64,000 nucleotides of DNA from contig NC_068985.1 of NCBI RefSeq assembly GCF_001194135.2, positions 18,307,156 through 18,371,155 of the forward strand, in the 5' to 3' direction. The notes below the pieces were generated by a model, which saw only the letters and a program-made list of their open reading frames with translations, was not told the origin of the DNA and searched no databases. The DNA comes from Octopus bimaculoides (taxonomy: Eukaryota). This document shows positions 26,236 through 39,700 of the stretch, piece by piece; positions within the stretch are counted from its first letter, which is position 1, and each line of letters opens with the position of its first letter. The position numbers and the translations under genes were made by a program.

Positions 26236-26650
26236 CATCATCATCATCTGTTAATGTCCATTTTCCAATACTAGCATGGGTTGGATAGTTTGGCAGGAGC
26301 TAGCAAGCCAAAGGACTATGCCAAACTTAACTGTCAGCTTTGGCATGGTTTCTATGGCTGGATGGCCCTTCTAATGCCAACCACTTTACAGAGCGTACTG
26401 GGTACTTTTTATATGGACCAGCACTGGCAAGGTTACCATATAACTTGGAAGGCAAAGACCCCCTCAACTAAGAGGAGTAATGGTATTGAGGGAGGTAGCT
26501 TTGTAGCAGATGATGAGTAGTTAAACTATGATAGATGGACAGAAATAGGTGTCTTGTTGTAGAGGAAATACATGGTTATCCCAGCTGAAATGTGAGAGAG
26601 AGTTGAGGGGAGAGAGACAATGGTGAAGACGTGCCCATGCACACCCTCAA
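26236..26650 (-). mobile_element. RTE-tail element
   Basis: catcatcatctgttaatgtccattttccaatactagcatgggttgg ... aatgccaaccacttt. Confidence 0.65.
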
Positions 26651-27929
26651 AATTCATTATTTTTCCAAGTTCAATTAAGTGGATTCACAAGTCTGTTTCT
26701 AGTCTTTTGATTACAGAAAGATATTCCTAAATGCTATTCTGCTATAATGTAAGAATTCTGATTTACTCTCTAGCAGTTGCAAGGTCATATTGTTCAGTTT
26801 GAATTATTTTGTGCTATTAAAACGAATGTATATATATATGAATAAAATTCAACCATTTCAAAGTTGAAATTATAAATTTCCCAAATTCTGATATTCATTT
26901 CATATTTTGATGCAAAGGAATACTGAAGCTCCCAAATGCACTACCCTGTACTATGAGGTGCAGTGAAATATATTGAGATACTGCAAACACTCCATTTTCT
27001 ATTTGTTGTATCTTTCCCGGGTTGGAACAATGCCACAAACATAGTTGTTGCTGACATGATTTATTGGCTTGTGCTAAATTAATGGCATAGTAAAAATATA
27101 GACTTGGCTTTTTTTATATGTTTTGTTCAGCCTTGGCAAAACTTTGTTGTATAGGTTTTATGGATAATCTATTGTTATTCCTTGAATTTTCCTGTGTCCA
27201 TTATCTTCTATAATGTTGTACGAGCCAAAGTTTCAGGTAATGCTTTAAGCTAGAGAACACTGTGAATGAAATACTGTGCCAAGTATGGTGAATATCAAAA
27301 ATATTGAAGAATCAATACTTTTATAGAATATTACAGAAAATGAAAAATTCTTCCATTAAATGTTTTCAGACATGCATATATTTTTTATATTAAAAAAATA
27401 ATGAAAATATTTCAATTGTTACATTCTGAAATCAAAGCTATTTGCTTTTGTTTACATTTTGGGAAAGCACTTTCTCAGTGACATGGTTATTCTTTACAAT
27501 AAGATTCAGAAAGTTGTTTAATATCATTAAGCTAATTTGTTCACCTGCTGTTGGTAGGTTGTAGTCAAAATAACTGGAATCTTGATAAAATCTTTTTGAA
27601 AACAACTAATAACGTTTATCTTTTACTTGTTTCAGTCATTAGACTGCGGCCATGCTAGGGCACTACATTAATCAGTATTCTTTTGTATTATTTTGATAAA
27701 TAAAATGTATAAAAGGACAACTACAGGGTATATATCTTTCCTTAAAATGATTAACAGAGAACCTGTCTTCTTTCAATCTTCATTCGAGATGATGACATGC
27801 ACAACATAACTCAATGCATAAATTACAGGATTTGTGAGTCAAGATATACATTCAAATAAATAATGAACACTAATAATTTTACAAAAACGAAACTAATGAC
27901 GATGATGATGATGATGATAATAATAATAA

Positions 27930-28112
27930 TTCTTTTTACTAAAGGCACAAGGTCTGAAATTTGGGGGGAGGGGACTAGTTGATTACATCAACCCTGGAAG
28001 GATGAAAGGCAAAGTCAACCTCAGTGGAATTTGAACTCAGAATGGAAGGACAGACAAAATACCGCTAAGCATTTCGCCTGGTGTGCTAAAATTTCTGCTG
28101 ACTCACCACCTT
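27930..28112 (-). mobile_element. SINE family D
   Basis: ggatgaaaggcaaagtcaacctcagtggaatttgaactcag ... ccgctaagcatttcgcc, the reverse complement of the family D core. Confidence 0.8.
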
Positions 28113-28188
28113 AAATAATAATAATAATAATAATATAAAAGAGTTAACAAAGCAAAACTAAATCTTAAATCTGATGGGAAAAACTTAC

Positions 28189-28282
28189 CTCAGAAAACCT
28201 CGGCGTGTGATTATTTCAGCATGAGAGTCATTGACACTGTTGCCTTCCAAACTCAAATGATCACCGGTTAAACAGCGGTTAC
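28189..28282 (-). CDS. ADAR: ADAR1 E5: catalytic HAE motif (not in the ORF track)
   Basis: ctttag|GT AAC CGC TGT; encodes [32 protein letters not shown]; donor AG|gtaagt (phase 2). Confidence 0.96.
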
Positions 28283-29882
28283 CTAAAGGTGTAATAGTTT
28301 TTCATTTATAACTTGAACAAGCAAACACAAAATACACAGACACATCAAAATAACTGTAATGCTGATTGCCAAAGCTAAACTAAATTCTGTTCTATGTTGC
28401 CAACTACATTTATTGTAGTAAGATTTCTATACACCAACCAGATCCATCTTTTCCAAATGGGCACCACCTGGTCGTTTTTTTTTGTTTTTTTTTGCTACAC
28501 ACACAAATATATTGCATGGCAAGATAGAAGTAACATGCTCAACTGTCATATTGCACCTCGCACAGATAATTGCTATAAAGAGCAACTTACAACATAATCT
28601 TAATTAAAGACTTTTAGGATACTTCAATGCATTCGACTGACTACTGCTATACCATAGGTCACAATAAGATAAGCTGATGCGAATTTTTCACAACAATACT
28701 TATTGCTTTAATGAACTATAAAACATGTCTATAGAAATATAAACATTACACACACACACACACACTTAACTGATTTTTCCTGGGTCTCTTTTAATCTCCT
28801 TTCCTCTCTTCTTTCTTTTCCCAGCCTCTTCTGGGCTTTCCTCTACTATCCAAGAAAGGACTATGCCAGAAACATATTTTTATTCTATAGGGTTTTTCTC
28901 CTTCTTTGAGCCTCTTGGACTTTTGCAGTTGTTTTTTTATTATTTGTAATTGCTTTGCTTTATCATATGCTTGCATGGATCTTCCATATTTATTCAACCA
29001 ATACTTTGGATCACTTTAATTCTTGGATTATCTTACACTATAGGTATCATTGGATTACCATCTCAACTTACATTGGATCTTCATCATTGGTCACATACAC
29101 ACAGAGTTCCCCAGCTGTTTTTTGTCTTGCAAGTTACATGGCAACCTCACTAGTGCCAGTGGAATGAGAAAAGTATCCAGTACACTCTGTAAAGTGGTTG
29201 GCATTAGGAAGGGCATCTAGCTGTAGAAACCAGGCCAAAGATAACACTGGAGATAAAAGCAGCCCTGTACACACTTACAGACAAAGAAGGAACAGCTGTA
29301 TATGAATATTTCAACTCTACTTCAAGTTTGGTCAACTGTGCACTTTCATTAACTACCCCTAACACCACTCCTTACAAACCCACTGATATTAATCACAAAA
29401 TAATATAGGCCAATTTGCATGTTTAATGTCCTTTTGGCAGATAATTGGAATATTAACTGAGGTGATTCACATTAATGGCAAAGTTTCACCAGTAATTAAT
29501 TCTAAATAATATAATTAAAACTATTTAAACAAATTATCATGTTTCAGCTAATTTAAGATATTACTGCTATCACTAAGACAAAATTAATGTTGAATTTATG
29601 CAAATGTTGTAAATATTCAGACCATAAAGGTAAAAAAAACAAAAGCACAAGAGTTATAAATTATATGTTAAAAGACAATTGCAGTATAAATTATTGATCA
29701 CTGTGATCTTTTTTAGCAATAACTGTTAAAGGAAGGGATCAATTAGAGATCAAATTACTTAAACAATATTAAGTATCATTTGGAATTGATAATTTAATAG
29801 TATTATTCAAGTTATTATTACTAAAGAAGGTTAAAAGGGGTCAATAACTTAAAACCTTGATATGAACTTGTTCTTTACTCAC

Positions 29883-30066
29883 CAGTTCCAACACTGATAA
29901 CAATTCCCGTATCCGTTGGTGATCGCTTCATCACCAAAGCGGCGATTACTTTTCTCCCAGCAAGGTTCTCGGGGATTTGCAAGGCAATATTGTTAAATGC
30001 CTGGTGACTCAAGGCAGCCATTTTATCGAAATGTGTCATTTCTGCAGGTGGAATTGTTTTCAATGC
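29883..30066 (-). CDS. ADAR: ADAR1 E4: start of the deaminase domain
   Basis: tatag|GCA TTG AAA; encodes ...GRKVIAALVM...VISVGT; donor ACT G|gtgagt (phase 1). Confidence 0.95.
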
Positions 30067-30139
30067 CTATAGAGTAAAAATAGATTTAAAAAAATAAATA
30101 AAATAAGAATTAAAAATAGAAAATAAAGATTTACAAAGT

Positions 30140-30480
30140 AATTTATGGCTGTGAGGTTAAGAAACTTTCTTTTGCAACCACATGGTTTTGGGTTCAATCC
30201 CACTGCATGGCACCTTGGGCAAGTATCTTCTACTAAAGCCCTGGGCATTGTGAGTGAATTTGGTAAGCAGAAATTGTGTGGAAGTCCACTCTGTGTGTGT
30301 GTGTGTGTGCATTTGCTTCTCCACTGCTTAACAACTTGTTTTAGTTTATTTATATCCTCAGAACTTAACAGTCCAGCAAAAAGAGAAAGATAAAACAAGT
30401 ACCAGACTTCAAAATAAATCCTGGGGTCGATTTGTTCAACTAAACAGTTCAAGACAGTGGCTGCAATCTGATGACAGGAA
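30140..30480 (+). mobile_element. SINE family A
   Basis: tggctgtgaggttaagaa ... gggttcaatcccactgcatggcaccttgggcaagt (Pol III A/B boxes), a (TG)n linker, and a ggggtcgatttgttcaactaa tail. Confidence 0.8.
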
Positions 30481-31212
30481 CAACCACTGTAAACGTTAAG
30501 TTGCTGAATGAGACTGCAGATCTGAAGCACATATGTGCCTGAATAAATGACAGAGAACAACAGACACATTTAGTGCATCAGTTGTATCTCAATTTCAGTT
30601 AGTAGGCAACTGCAACTGGTTAATGTGTTATTGACTCAGTAGAGATAAAAGTATGAAGCCAAATTTTGCAAAATAGATATCAAAACAATAAGCCTTTGAA
30701 CTACTCAACCAATTTCCTGTCAGTCTAATCAAAGAAGCAATATTTTGTAAGTTGTAACTGAAGTAGTCTGCTGAAGAGTGTGTAGGTATTGAGAAAGACT
30801 AAGAAAGTATGACCTCACAATATACAGACATAGTAAGGATAACAGCGTGATGATACATACATCATGCCTGATCAATAACTGATGGTTGCAATTAAGGAAG
30901 TTTCATGTCCCACTGGCAGTGGGAGAATAAATATAAACCAAAGCTGGATTAGCAGGTTCATATAATTGTCAAGTTAAATGATTTTTAAAAAGTTGTACTT
31001 TGACTCTGGGGTTTGTAAAAGATAAAATACTTCTTAGATTTCAATTAGTAAGGACCTCTGACCAAAAAGAAATTACATCCAAATGTCAAATGTAATTATT
31101 TTGTCATAATAAGCTGATTTGTCTGTTATTTTTGACTCCAAATTGGTTAACCTTACAATAGAAATCTTAGATAGTTTTTAATTTAGATAACTTTTGAAAT
31201 ATGAAGCCTTAA

Positions 31213-31441
31213 TCCTTTGCCTGTCCTGTGTATCACATCTCCCTGTTGTCTATGTATCATATATGATACACATTCCCAATTTCTTTCAACAAGCAGAGTA
31301 ACTTGAGACTTATGGAAGTAAAGTTTTATACTACTCAGAACAGTGGCAAATAGTAATACAGAAAGTAAAAGGGCTAAAAGTCTAAAAACAAGCATGGACA
31401 TTTAGGCCAAACCTATGAAAATGCTTTGGACAGGCAAAGGG
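31213..31441. mobile_element. TTAA-flanked MITE with 14-bp TIRs
   Basis: ttaa|tcctttgcctgtcc ... ggacaggcaaaggg|ttaa (13/14 match). Confidence 0.75.
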
Positions 31442-31868
31442 TTAAATCATGAAATTAGTTAAATAGTTGACACAAAATAGGTACATTATCTAATGATTCT
31501 TAAAACATATATCAAGATTTTTTGCATAACAAAAATCCTATTATCACATGTAGCAAGTTCTATTAGATTTTTTTAGTTAAAATTGCAAGCAATGAAAATA
31601 CGTAAAATTACTATATGTAAAATTTATTGAAACAAAAACCCCATGTTTTTTCTTGTTTTTCTATTTCTAATTAATAACAACAGAAATTAGCTTAAACAAA
31701 TGTAGGATGAAGCCAGTTTTAAACACATTTGGCCAGTGTTCTAAAATCAATATGTTTTTTGTAAATAAAATTGTCAATGAATAAATGTTATCTTTTGCAT
31801 GTCAATGAATAAATGTTATCTTTTACAAACTGTAATATGAACACAACATTTTTCGGTACAATACTTAC

Positions 31869-32013
31869 TGAGACGGTGTTCTCTAACTGATACTGTCCTT
31901 CAGCAATGAGAATGCGCAATGTCAGATCGGCTGCCTCTTTCTTACCATCCTTCTTACTGTTGCACTCCATACTGGGGAACTGGCGTTTACCAAGAATCAC
32001 GGCGAATTTAAAC
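31869..32013 (-). CDS. ADAR: ADAR1 E3: second half of the dsRBD
   Basis: cttcgccacag|G TTT AAA; encodes FKFAVILGKRQFPSMECNSKKDGKKEAADLTLRIL with the dsRBD KKxxK motif; donor TCA|gtaagt (phase 0). Confidence 0.95.
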
Positions 32014-35000
32014 CTGTGGCGAAGAGAAAAACAAAAAAACATTCTCAATACAATAACATTAAATGTTTTATTTATCACTTCAATCATTGCATATTTTTCA
32101 ATAAATCACAAGAATAATTTCTAGTTTGTTTTCCTTTGAAGTATTTCTGCTGTTCATCTAAATGTTATTCAATCAATCTGCACAGATATGAAAATATGAA
32201 CTAAAGCACTGAAAAAAAAAAAAAAAAAGAGAAGCGATTCTTCTACAAGCTGAGACCGCAAATGATTTGATTCCATGTTTAGGTAATTTAATTTCCCATA
32301 CGTTGTTGTTAAACACCATTTCAGATATTTATAAATTCCTGTTTTCCTTAACATCATTGGCTTGATGCATATAAACTTAACCCTAGTCAACATTGTAGAT
32401 ATTGTAAGGTCTGCTAATGTGAAATAGTAAAATCCAAAGAAATTGGTGCTGGTCTGCAGTGGCAAATAGTAAATATAATAAAAAGTATAAAATAGTGAAG
32501 AAAATTTTATGCCATGAGAAAAAAGAGCAAACTAATGTTTCAAAAAGGATTCTTCCTTGAAAAGCGCTTGTGCTTATTGATAGATTGGGAGTACTGAGAG
32601 AAAAAAACATATAACAATAGAGAATCAAAGAGGAGGGGGCTAAAGAGAGGAAGAGAGAGATGATGAGGGAGAAACTAGCATTATGTGATAATTATTGTTG
32701 TTGTTTAAGTTGCATGGAATCTACTCTTCTGTCTTGGCACTGTTACAATGGTGTGTGTGTGTGTGTGTGTGTGTGTGAATACATAAATACACACAAACAT
32801 ACACAGATATAATCAATAAAGTGACACCTCCTAGCATACAAAGTTCTAATATGTTTCTTCACCTTAAGAAGAAAAGAAATTTACATGACACCAAATGCAG
32901 ATTATAAGTTGATTGCAGCCTAACTTAAATTTCAGATAGTCAGTCTACTCTTATATTTTGTAACTGAGTTTCAGCATTGTAGTCAAAGATGGTTGGTAAC
33001 ATTTTCCTACTAGACAGCACTGTACACAATACATTTTGCATTGCTAAAAAAAAATGGTTTCTTTGCAGGAGTGTATTTGGAACATTAGTGCCAGTATTCT
33101 TCTAATTGTGGTTTGTTTCTTGTATCAGACCAAGTTTTATTTTCAGTGACATTTTGAAACAGGATTTTCCATCTTTCAGATCATTCCAGAATACTTAACA
33201 TACTCTCAACTATTTCTTCTTTAATACAAAAATAAGCTACCAAGCTCCAGCTGTCTGTTGTGGCTTGGTTCTACAGCAGGATGTCCTTCCTAACACCAAC
33301 CACTTTACAGAATGTACTGGGTGCTTTTTACATGTTACTGGTATGGGTGCCTTTTATGTATCACTGGCACAGGTGATCTTTACATGTCACCAGCATGGTT
33401 GTCCTTTATGTCTCGCTGGCATAGATGCCTTTTGTGTCACCAGCACAGATGCCTTTAATGTGTTGAGAACTCAATATAAGTCTGCTATATATTAGTTCAA
33501 TCCCTTCTTTGTAGTCTTATTGTGGCATAGTCATTTAAGAAATGCTGCAGTCTTATGAAGTCTCTTGCTTCTTGAGGCTCTATTCAATAACTAAATTCAG
33601 CTCTCATATCAAAATGCTAACCTCTTTAAATAGTATGGCTCACATGACCATTTAGTTGAGTCACGTGACTCAGTAACTATGTCAAGCTTGCAAAACTACA
33701 ATACAAGGAATCTTATATCTCTTCTTCCTTTTTTATAAGATATATAAAATTCCCACTATATATTCTTTTTTTCAGACTCACTGCAATTGGCCTGCAATTG
33801 GCCACACAAACTATGTGTGGTCACACATCCTGAATAGTCACATAGATTAAATGTAAGCACACAGCATGTCCAGTTATACAGACCAAGTATACAGGCCTGT
33901 TTTCCTTTCTTTCTTTTTTCTCTCTTTTAGTAGTCATAGCCAAATTACTTGAGACTGATTAACTTCTAGCACATACAACCCTAGCCACTACTTTTCAGCA
34001 CGTTCTATTATTTTTCAATAAAAACACATCTGAAAGTATGCATCTTAGGTAATCATAAGAAACTATTTATTACATTATTCCACAACAGGTTTCCCATGTA
34101 TTTATTAAAACTTCTTTGTTCTATTGATTAAGTTTACTTTCCTCTCAGTACCTAGGTTTTTGACTGCTGCTCCTTTCTTCCCTTTTTTTTTTTTACTTTC
34201 TCTTTCTTTGTCCATCTGAAGACAAAGTGTTTACATAAGTCTAAATATATAGTATTGACTAGAAATGTATAGATATGTTCATGCATGAGTGTATATCTGT
34301 GTTTGTTTATGCCTGCACTTCTATGAAAATAACAAGCTAGAATGGGTGATGTTGTCATCTTTCCTGTTGACAAATTGTCCACTGGTCTTGCACCATCAAA
34401 AACATGTAGAATAAGAGATCCCTTGAAAAAGAGGTGAAGGTTAGCAACAGGAAGGGCATCCAACTATAAAACAATGCCTCAATAATAATGTTTGTCTAAC
34501 CCATGCTAACAAAGAAAAATGGACACAAAAACAACTAAATGAACAAATTTTCACATATTTCCTCTTCACAACAAAGGCAAGCTGCCATAGTACCAACAAT
34601 GCTTGAAGTACATTTTGATAATGTGCTGGACACACTTTGTTAATATTCCAAGCTGCAACAGTATTACAATTGCTTAATGTGTTGATTTGCAAAGGAGTCA
34701 GATGTTTCTTGTGTCTCTCTACTGTTATAGTCAGAGACCATACATTCTTCTATTGATCTGAAATACATTTATCCCAGTTCACAGCATCTGTTATTACCTA
34801 TAATACTATACTATATTACAAAGTCTTCTCTTTACACTGCCTGTAAAGAGATTTCAATAGCCAGAAATGACTTTCATTATGACATACTTTAAATGCTGTG
34901 AAAAAAAAAACAACAACATTTAGTCGTGTTTTAACCTGCAACAAAAGACAAAGCACACATGTTACACACCATCATTTTCTGTAAGCAGACCAAAGAACTC

Positions 35001-36199
35001 ATCGGTATTAAACAGTAATATTAAGAAACTTCAATGCTGCCTCCTTCAACAATAATATTGCCAATGATGTTATTTTTATTCACTCTTCACATGCATAACT
35101 GCACACACACACACACAACATATATATCCATATGTATCATGCAATCATCCCCATCTTTATCATCTTGGATTTATGAAATAATTTTCCCTGCTGAAAATTA
35201 AACCTAACATCATCTACTGCATCCTAATTTCCTTGACCTAATTCTGCTTCATGCATTCTTTATCCCCATCTTGCAGCTTCTTTTTTCATCCAACAATATT
35301 GATGTTACATGCCACACTTACACATACACACATGAAAATACACATACACAAGAAAAACATATATAAGTAAATACATATACATATTAATGCACTGAGAAAA
35401 ACAAGCTATCAGAAGATGCCATATAAGGGATATCTGCAATGATTCAAACACTGATTTGAAGTTAATAGTCATAGAATAGGCAAACTAAGAAAATTATGGA
35501 TTGAAATAATTGGACATATTCTAAAAATATTTATATCAATATAAGAATAGAAAAATGAAAAGGCATAAAATATGCTAGCATAGAAAAAACTAATAATACT
35601 GAAAACATCTACTTATACATATTTGTAGCATAATGAGTAATTAGTTAAACAGCTAGCTAAACAGAGTGATACATAAATTCTCGTCATATCTGGTAATTTT
35701 TATCTTTCATCAAAACTGGTTATTATTTTTGTCTTTCTACAGCTTCTGCTCACAGTTTTTCCTTCCCAAACTCCTTTCTAGCTCATTAATTTCTAATGAT
35801 TCCTTGATAGGCAATAAGAATTCCTTAATCTTTAGTAGAACATACAGAAAGTGATAAAGTCTCATGTATTAATTCTGCTTTTATACACTCATCAGGCATA
35901 CTAAACAGCACACAAAAATTTTACATCTTCCAAAAAAACTATTTTTTCTCTGAAATTCCTCACATACCAGTACATTTTTACCAAACACTAATTCCTCATT
36001 TCAAATTCAAGCTGATGCTGTAACTAATCTTTTATGCTAAGAAAGCTTCTTCTTTGGAATGAAAAATAAAAATGTTTTCCTCATGATAGATTTCAAATGC
36101 ATTATGTCATATATAAGAACAGAACAAGAAAGAGCAACTAGGATTACAACTCTCCTGTGAGAAAACACATTTTCAGTAGATACTGAATATAATAGGAAG

Positions 36200-36760
36200 A
36201 AATGTCAAGCATATGATGAGGAGAGGACAATTCAAAACCACTGAGAACCATAGGATTTGGCTGAAGCACTTGCAAAACAAGTTCAAGAACCCTGAAAAAT
36301 CCATCATGCCTTGCTTCTCTTATGAACAATAAGAGCCAAGTCAAGCTGCCTCGTTACTTCTCACAGGGTCAATACCATTACAGTAATTAATTACAGGATC
36401 AATGCCATCACAGGTAGTTAAGCTCAGATGAAGGAGGAGTCTGTTCCAACAGGACTCTGCTCTCTGCCACATGGTCCTCATGACCAAAGGAGAAGCTGGC
36501 AGAGAGCTTGCATGGTCATGTGACCCCTAACATATGGTCCCTTAGTTCTCCCATTTTGAACCCCCTACTACAATATGTGGGGAGTCAGCAGAGAGACCAG
36601 CAACCCAGGGTAAGAAGGATTTGTCATAGATTACTGTTACAGGTGTAGGGTGCATGGGTGGAACCCACTTGATCTGCTTTGCCTTCAATTGTTACAGTGG
36701 GGCCATCAATGGGGATAAGGGTGGCTTTGTTGAACAGTAATTTGGAAATCACAAAAAAAA
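36200..36760 (+). mobile_element. Highly degenerate Tc1/mariner relic, same family as 16966-18286
   Basis: Reads LQNKFKNPEKSIMPCFSYE and QQDSALCH ... CDP*HMVP*FSHFEP, matching the WFFSDEK, QQDSAPCH and WPPxSPDxNP regions. Confidence 0.6.
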
Positions 36761-39700
36761 TATTGATTGACTTTGCTTTCCTTCTATCTTTAATTTAACA
36801 GGCTACACAAGAATAAAGAGTGAAAGCAAAACAATTAGTATAAATCAATAGATTGTAATTTGCACTTCAATATAGTTGCACAAAGTTAATGTCATTTGTT
36901 TCCATGTCTGTTTTTCCGTGTTAACATGAATTACATGAATATGTTATTGGGGCATTATTTTACAGCTAGATACCCTTCCTGTTATTTTCTTCTTCTTTAA
37001 CCTTCTTTTTTTTTTTCAAGTTTCTTATTTCATGTCTTTGAAGTTTAAAGCCAGCAAATGATTTTTCACAAGAAAACAATGTAACTGCTTGTAGCTCGTG
37101 ATTTTTGGAGACGTGTAAATGAGAGAGCAAATGTAAACAAGTACACAGATACACATGCACATGTACACACACACAACAGATTTCTTTCAGTTTTTGCCTA
37201 TTAAATCCATTCACAAGGCTTTTTATAAGTTTATTCCTAAATAAGCATAAAAGTTTAAAATAACAAAAAAACTGTAATTATTTTTTCATCAAACCTAAGA
37301 AAACCATGTATGGTCTTCTGTTATGACTAACAATACAATAAAATCTTAAGCAGATCTAACAGCTAATTCATTCAAGAACCAGTGCTTGCAACATATTCAT
37401 TCATTCTGTAACCCAATTAAATATAAAGAAACAACTTTGTCAGAATACATTAGGAAGCTTAAAAGCAAAAAAAAAAATTATTTGCAATATTATATGGAAT
37501 TTAGATTGCAGAGCTAAAGTGTCTAAAAACCTCACATATACCATATGTGCTATGTAAATTGGAAGCATTTGAGAGCCAGTTTCCCAATATTCCTCTATTA
37601 AAAAAACATTCTGAACAGATTATGAACAGCATGCATAGAAGTTATTGAACTCTAAAATTTTTAAAACTTTTCCAAACTCAAGTTTCCTAAATTCTAGCTT
37701 ATATGGTCGTTTTAGTTCTTCCTTTTCTTATTTTTCCTTTTCATTTTTTTTTCTTTATGCATTACATATATTATGAAATGATTTCAGGAACGTTATATAT
37801 CTAAGTATCTGTATTAAACAAATGTGTAACATTTTACAATAAATAATATTACATCGATAATATGTTTTAGATTCTAATTGTCATGTATTCTTTTGAATAA
37901 AAGATATTTCTATTACATAATATTGGTCTTTATGGCGTAATGAAAAGAGATAACATTATCCATACATAAAAAGACGGAATTCATTCATTGTAGCAAACAN
38001 NNNNNNNNNNNNNNNNNNNNNNNNNNNNNNNNNNNNNNNNNNNNNNNNNNNNNNNNNNNNNNNNNNNNNNNNNNNNNNNNNNNNNNNNNNNNNNNNNNNN
38101 NNNNNNNNNNNNNNNNNNNNNNNNNNNNNNNNNNNNNNNNNNNNNNNNNNNNNNNNNNNNNNNNNNNNNNNNNNNNNNNNNNNNNNNNNNNNNNNNNNNN
38201 NNNNNNNNNNNNNNNNNNNNNNNNNNNNNNNNNNNNNNNNNNNNNNNNNNNNNNNNNNNNNNNNNNNNNNNNNNNNNNNNNNNNNNNNNNNNNNNNNNNN
38301 NNNNNNNNNNNNNNNNNNNNNNNNNNNNNNNNNNNNNNNNNNNNNNNNNNNNNNNNNNNNNNNNNNNNNNNNNNNNNNNNNNNNNNNNNNNNNNNNNNNN
38401 NNNNNNNNNNNNNNNNNNNNNNNNNNNNNNNNNNNNNNNNNNNNNNNNNNNNNNNNNNNNNNNNNNNNNNNNNNNNNNNNNNNNNNNNNNNNNNNNNNNN
38501 NNNNNNNNNNNNNNNNNNNNNNNNNNNNNNNNNNNNNNNNNNNNNNNNNNNNNNNNNNNNNNNNNNNNNNNNNNNNNNNNNNNNNNNNNNNNNNNNNNNN
38601 NNNNNNNNNNNNGAGATAACATTATCCATACATAAAAAGACGGAATTCATTCATTGTAGCAAACAGGATTAAAAAATAATGACAGTTTGAAAGGTAGGAC
38701 AATCTCCCTTATGTAAACAAAAATAACATTAAAATACTATGACAACAATATTTTGTTTTTGTAATTGATTTAAATATAATTTTGAAATATTTCAACATTC
38801 AGTTTAGTATCTATTTCAAAAGCTTAAACATTTAATTTGTTTCGGAAAAAAACAATTTTATTAAGTTGCTTTATTTATACTACCATTTATATTTTCATAA
38901 AAACATTGGTTTAATATCTCTTATGGAAAAGACTATATTATTAATGTACAATTAGAAATGAAATTTATTGTGACTATTCAAACCATGATTTTATATTATT
39001 CTTGTAAATCAGAACTTTAGCATTGTAATATATTCTTCCTAGCTAATATTAAACCTTTTTGATACCAACCAATTTGAGCCCCCCCACTCTTGGTTCTATG
39101 ATATAAACTTCAGATTTTAAAGTGATCTACATTAAAACTTACCATCAAGGTTTCACATAAATTTACATTTCAAACATCAGCTTAATAATGCCGAAGTTAT
39201 TTTATTAAATTCCTCATTATCTTTAAAACCAATTAAAACAACAAGTGTAATTCAAAAGAAACAGAGTAACAAAATGGTTAAATATGTAATAAAATAAAAT
39301 ATTTTTCACACATTTCACTAAGTATAAATATTTATATATTATACCACATAACATTTATGTTATATTTCTAATAAGTTAACAGTCTGTTTACATATTTGAG
39401 TATTTTTTTAATAGTTTTGTTTTTTCACTATTTCCTTTCACTCACTTCAATGTTTATCCCCCAGTTCTTGATATAAGTTATAAATTAGTTGCCTTGCTTA
39501 CAGATTTTATGTATAAGCAATGTTTTCAAATAAGTATCTTATTTTACTATAGTACATTTATATATAGATGGAGAGAGCGAGAGTATGTGTTTGTGTTGAA
39601 GAACACTAAAGTATGGTATAAAAATTTGCCAAGTAGTGAACAGATAAATCAAACAGCTGCATATCTAACTGAAACACATTGGGCAGGGAGACTACCTACA

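Noticed and set aside
28277-28284. AG|GTAAC at the E5 acceptor, resembling a recursive splice site
   Set aside because: Explained by the conserved Gly-Asn codons of the GTGNRC motif; there is no independent evidence.
37947-38664. Identical 53-bp direct repeat flanking the N gap (37947-37999 and 38612-38664)
   Set aside because: This is the typical signature of overlapping contig ends left unmerged. It is too long for a normal TSD and is most likely an assembly artefact.
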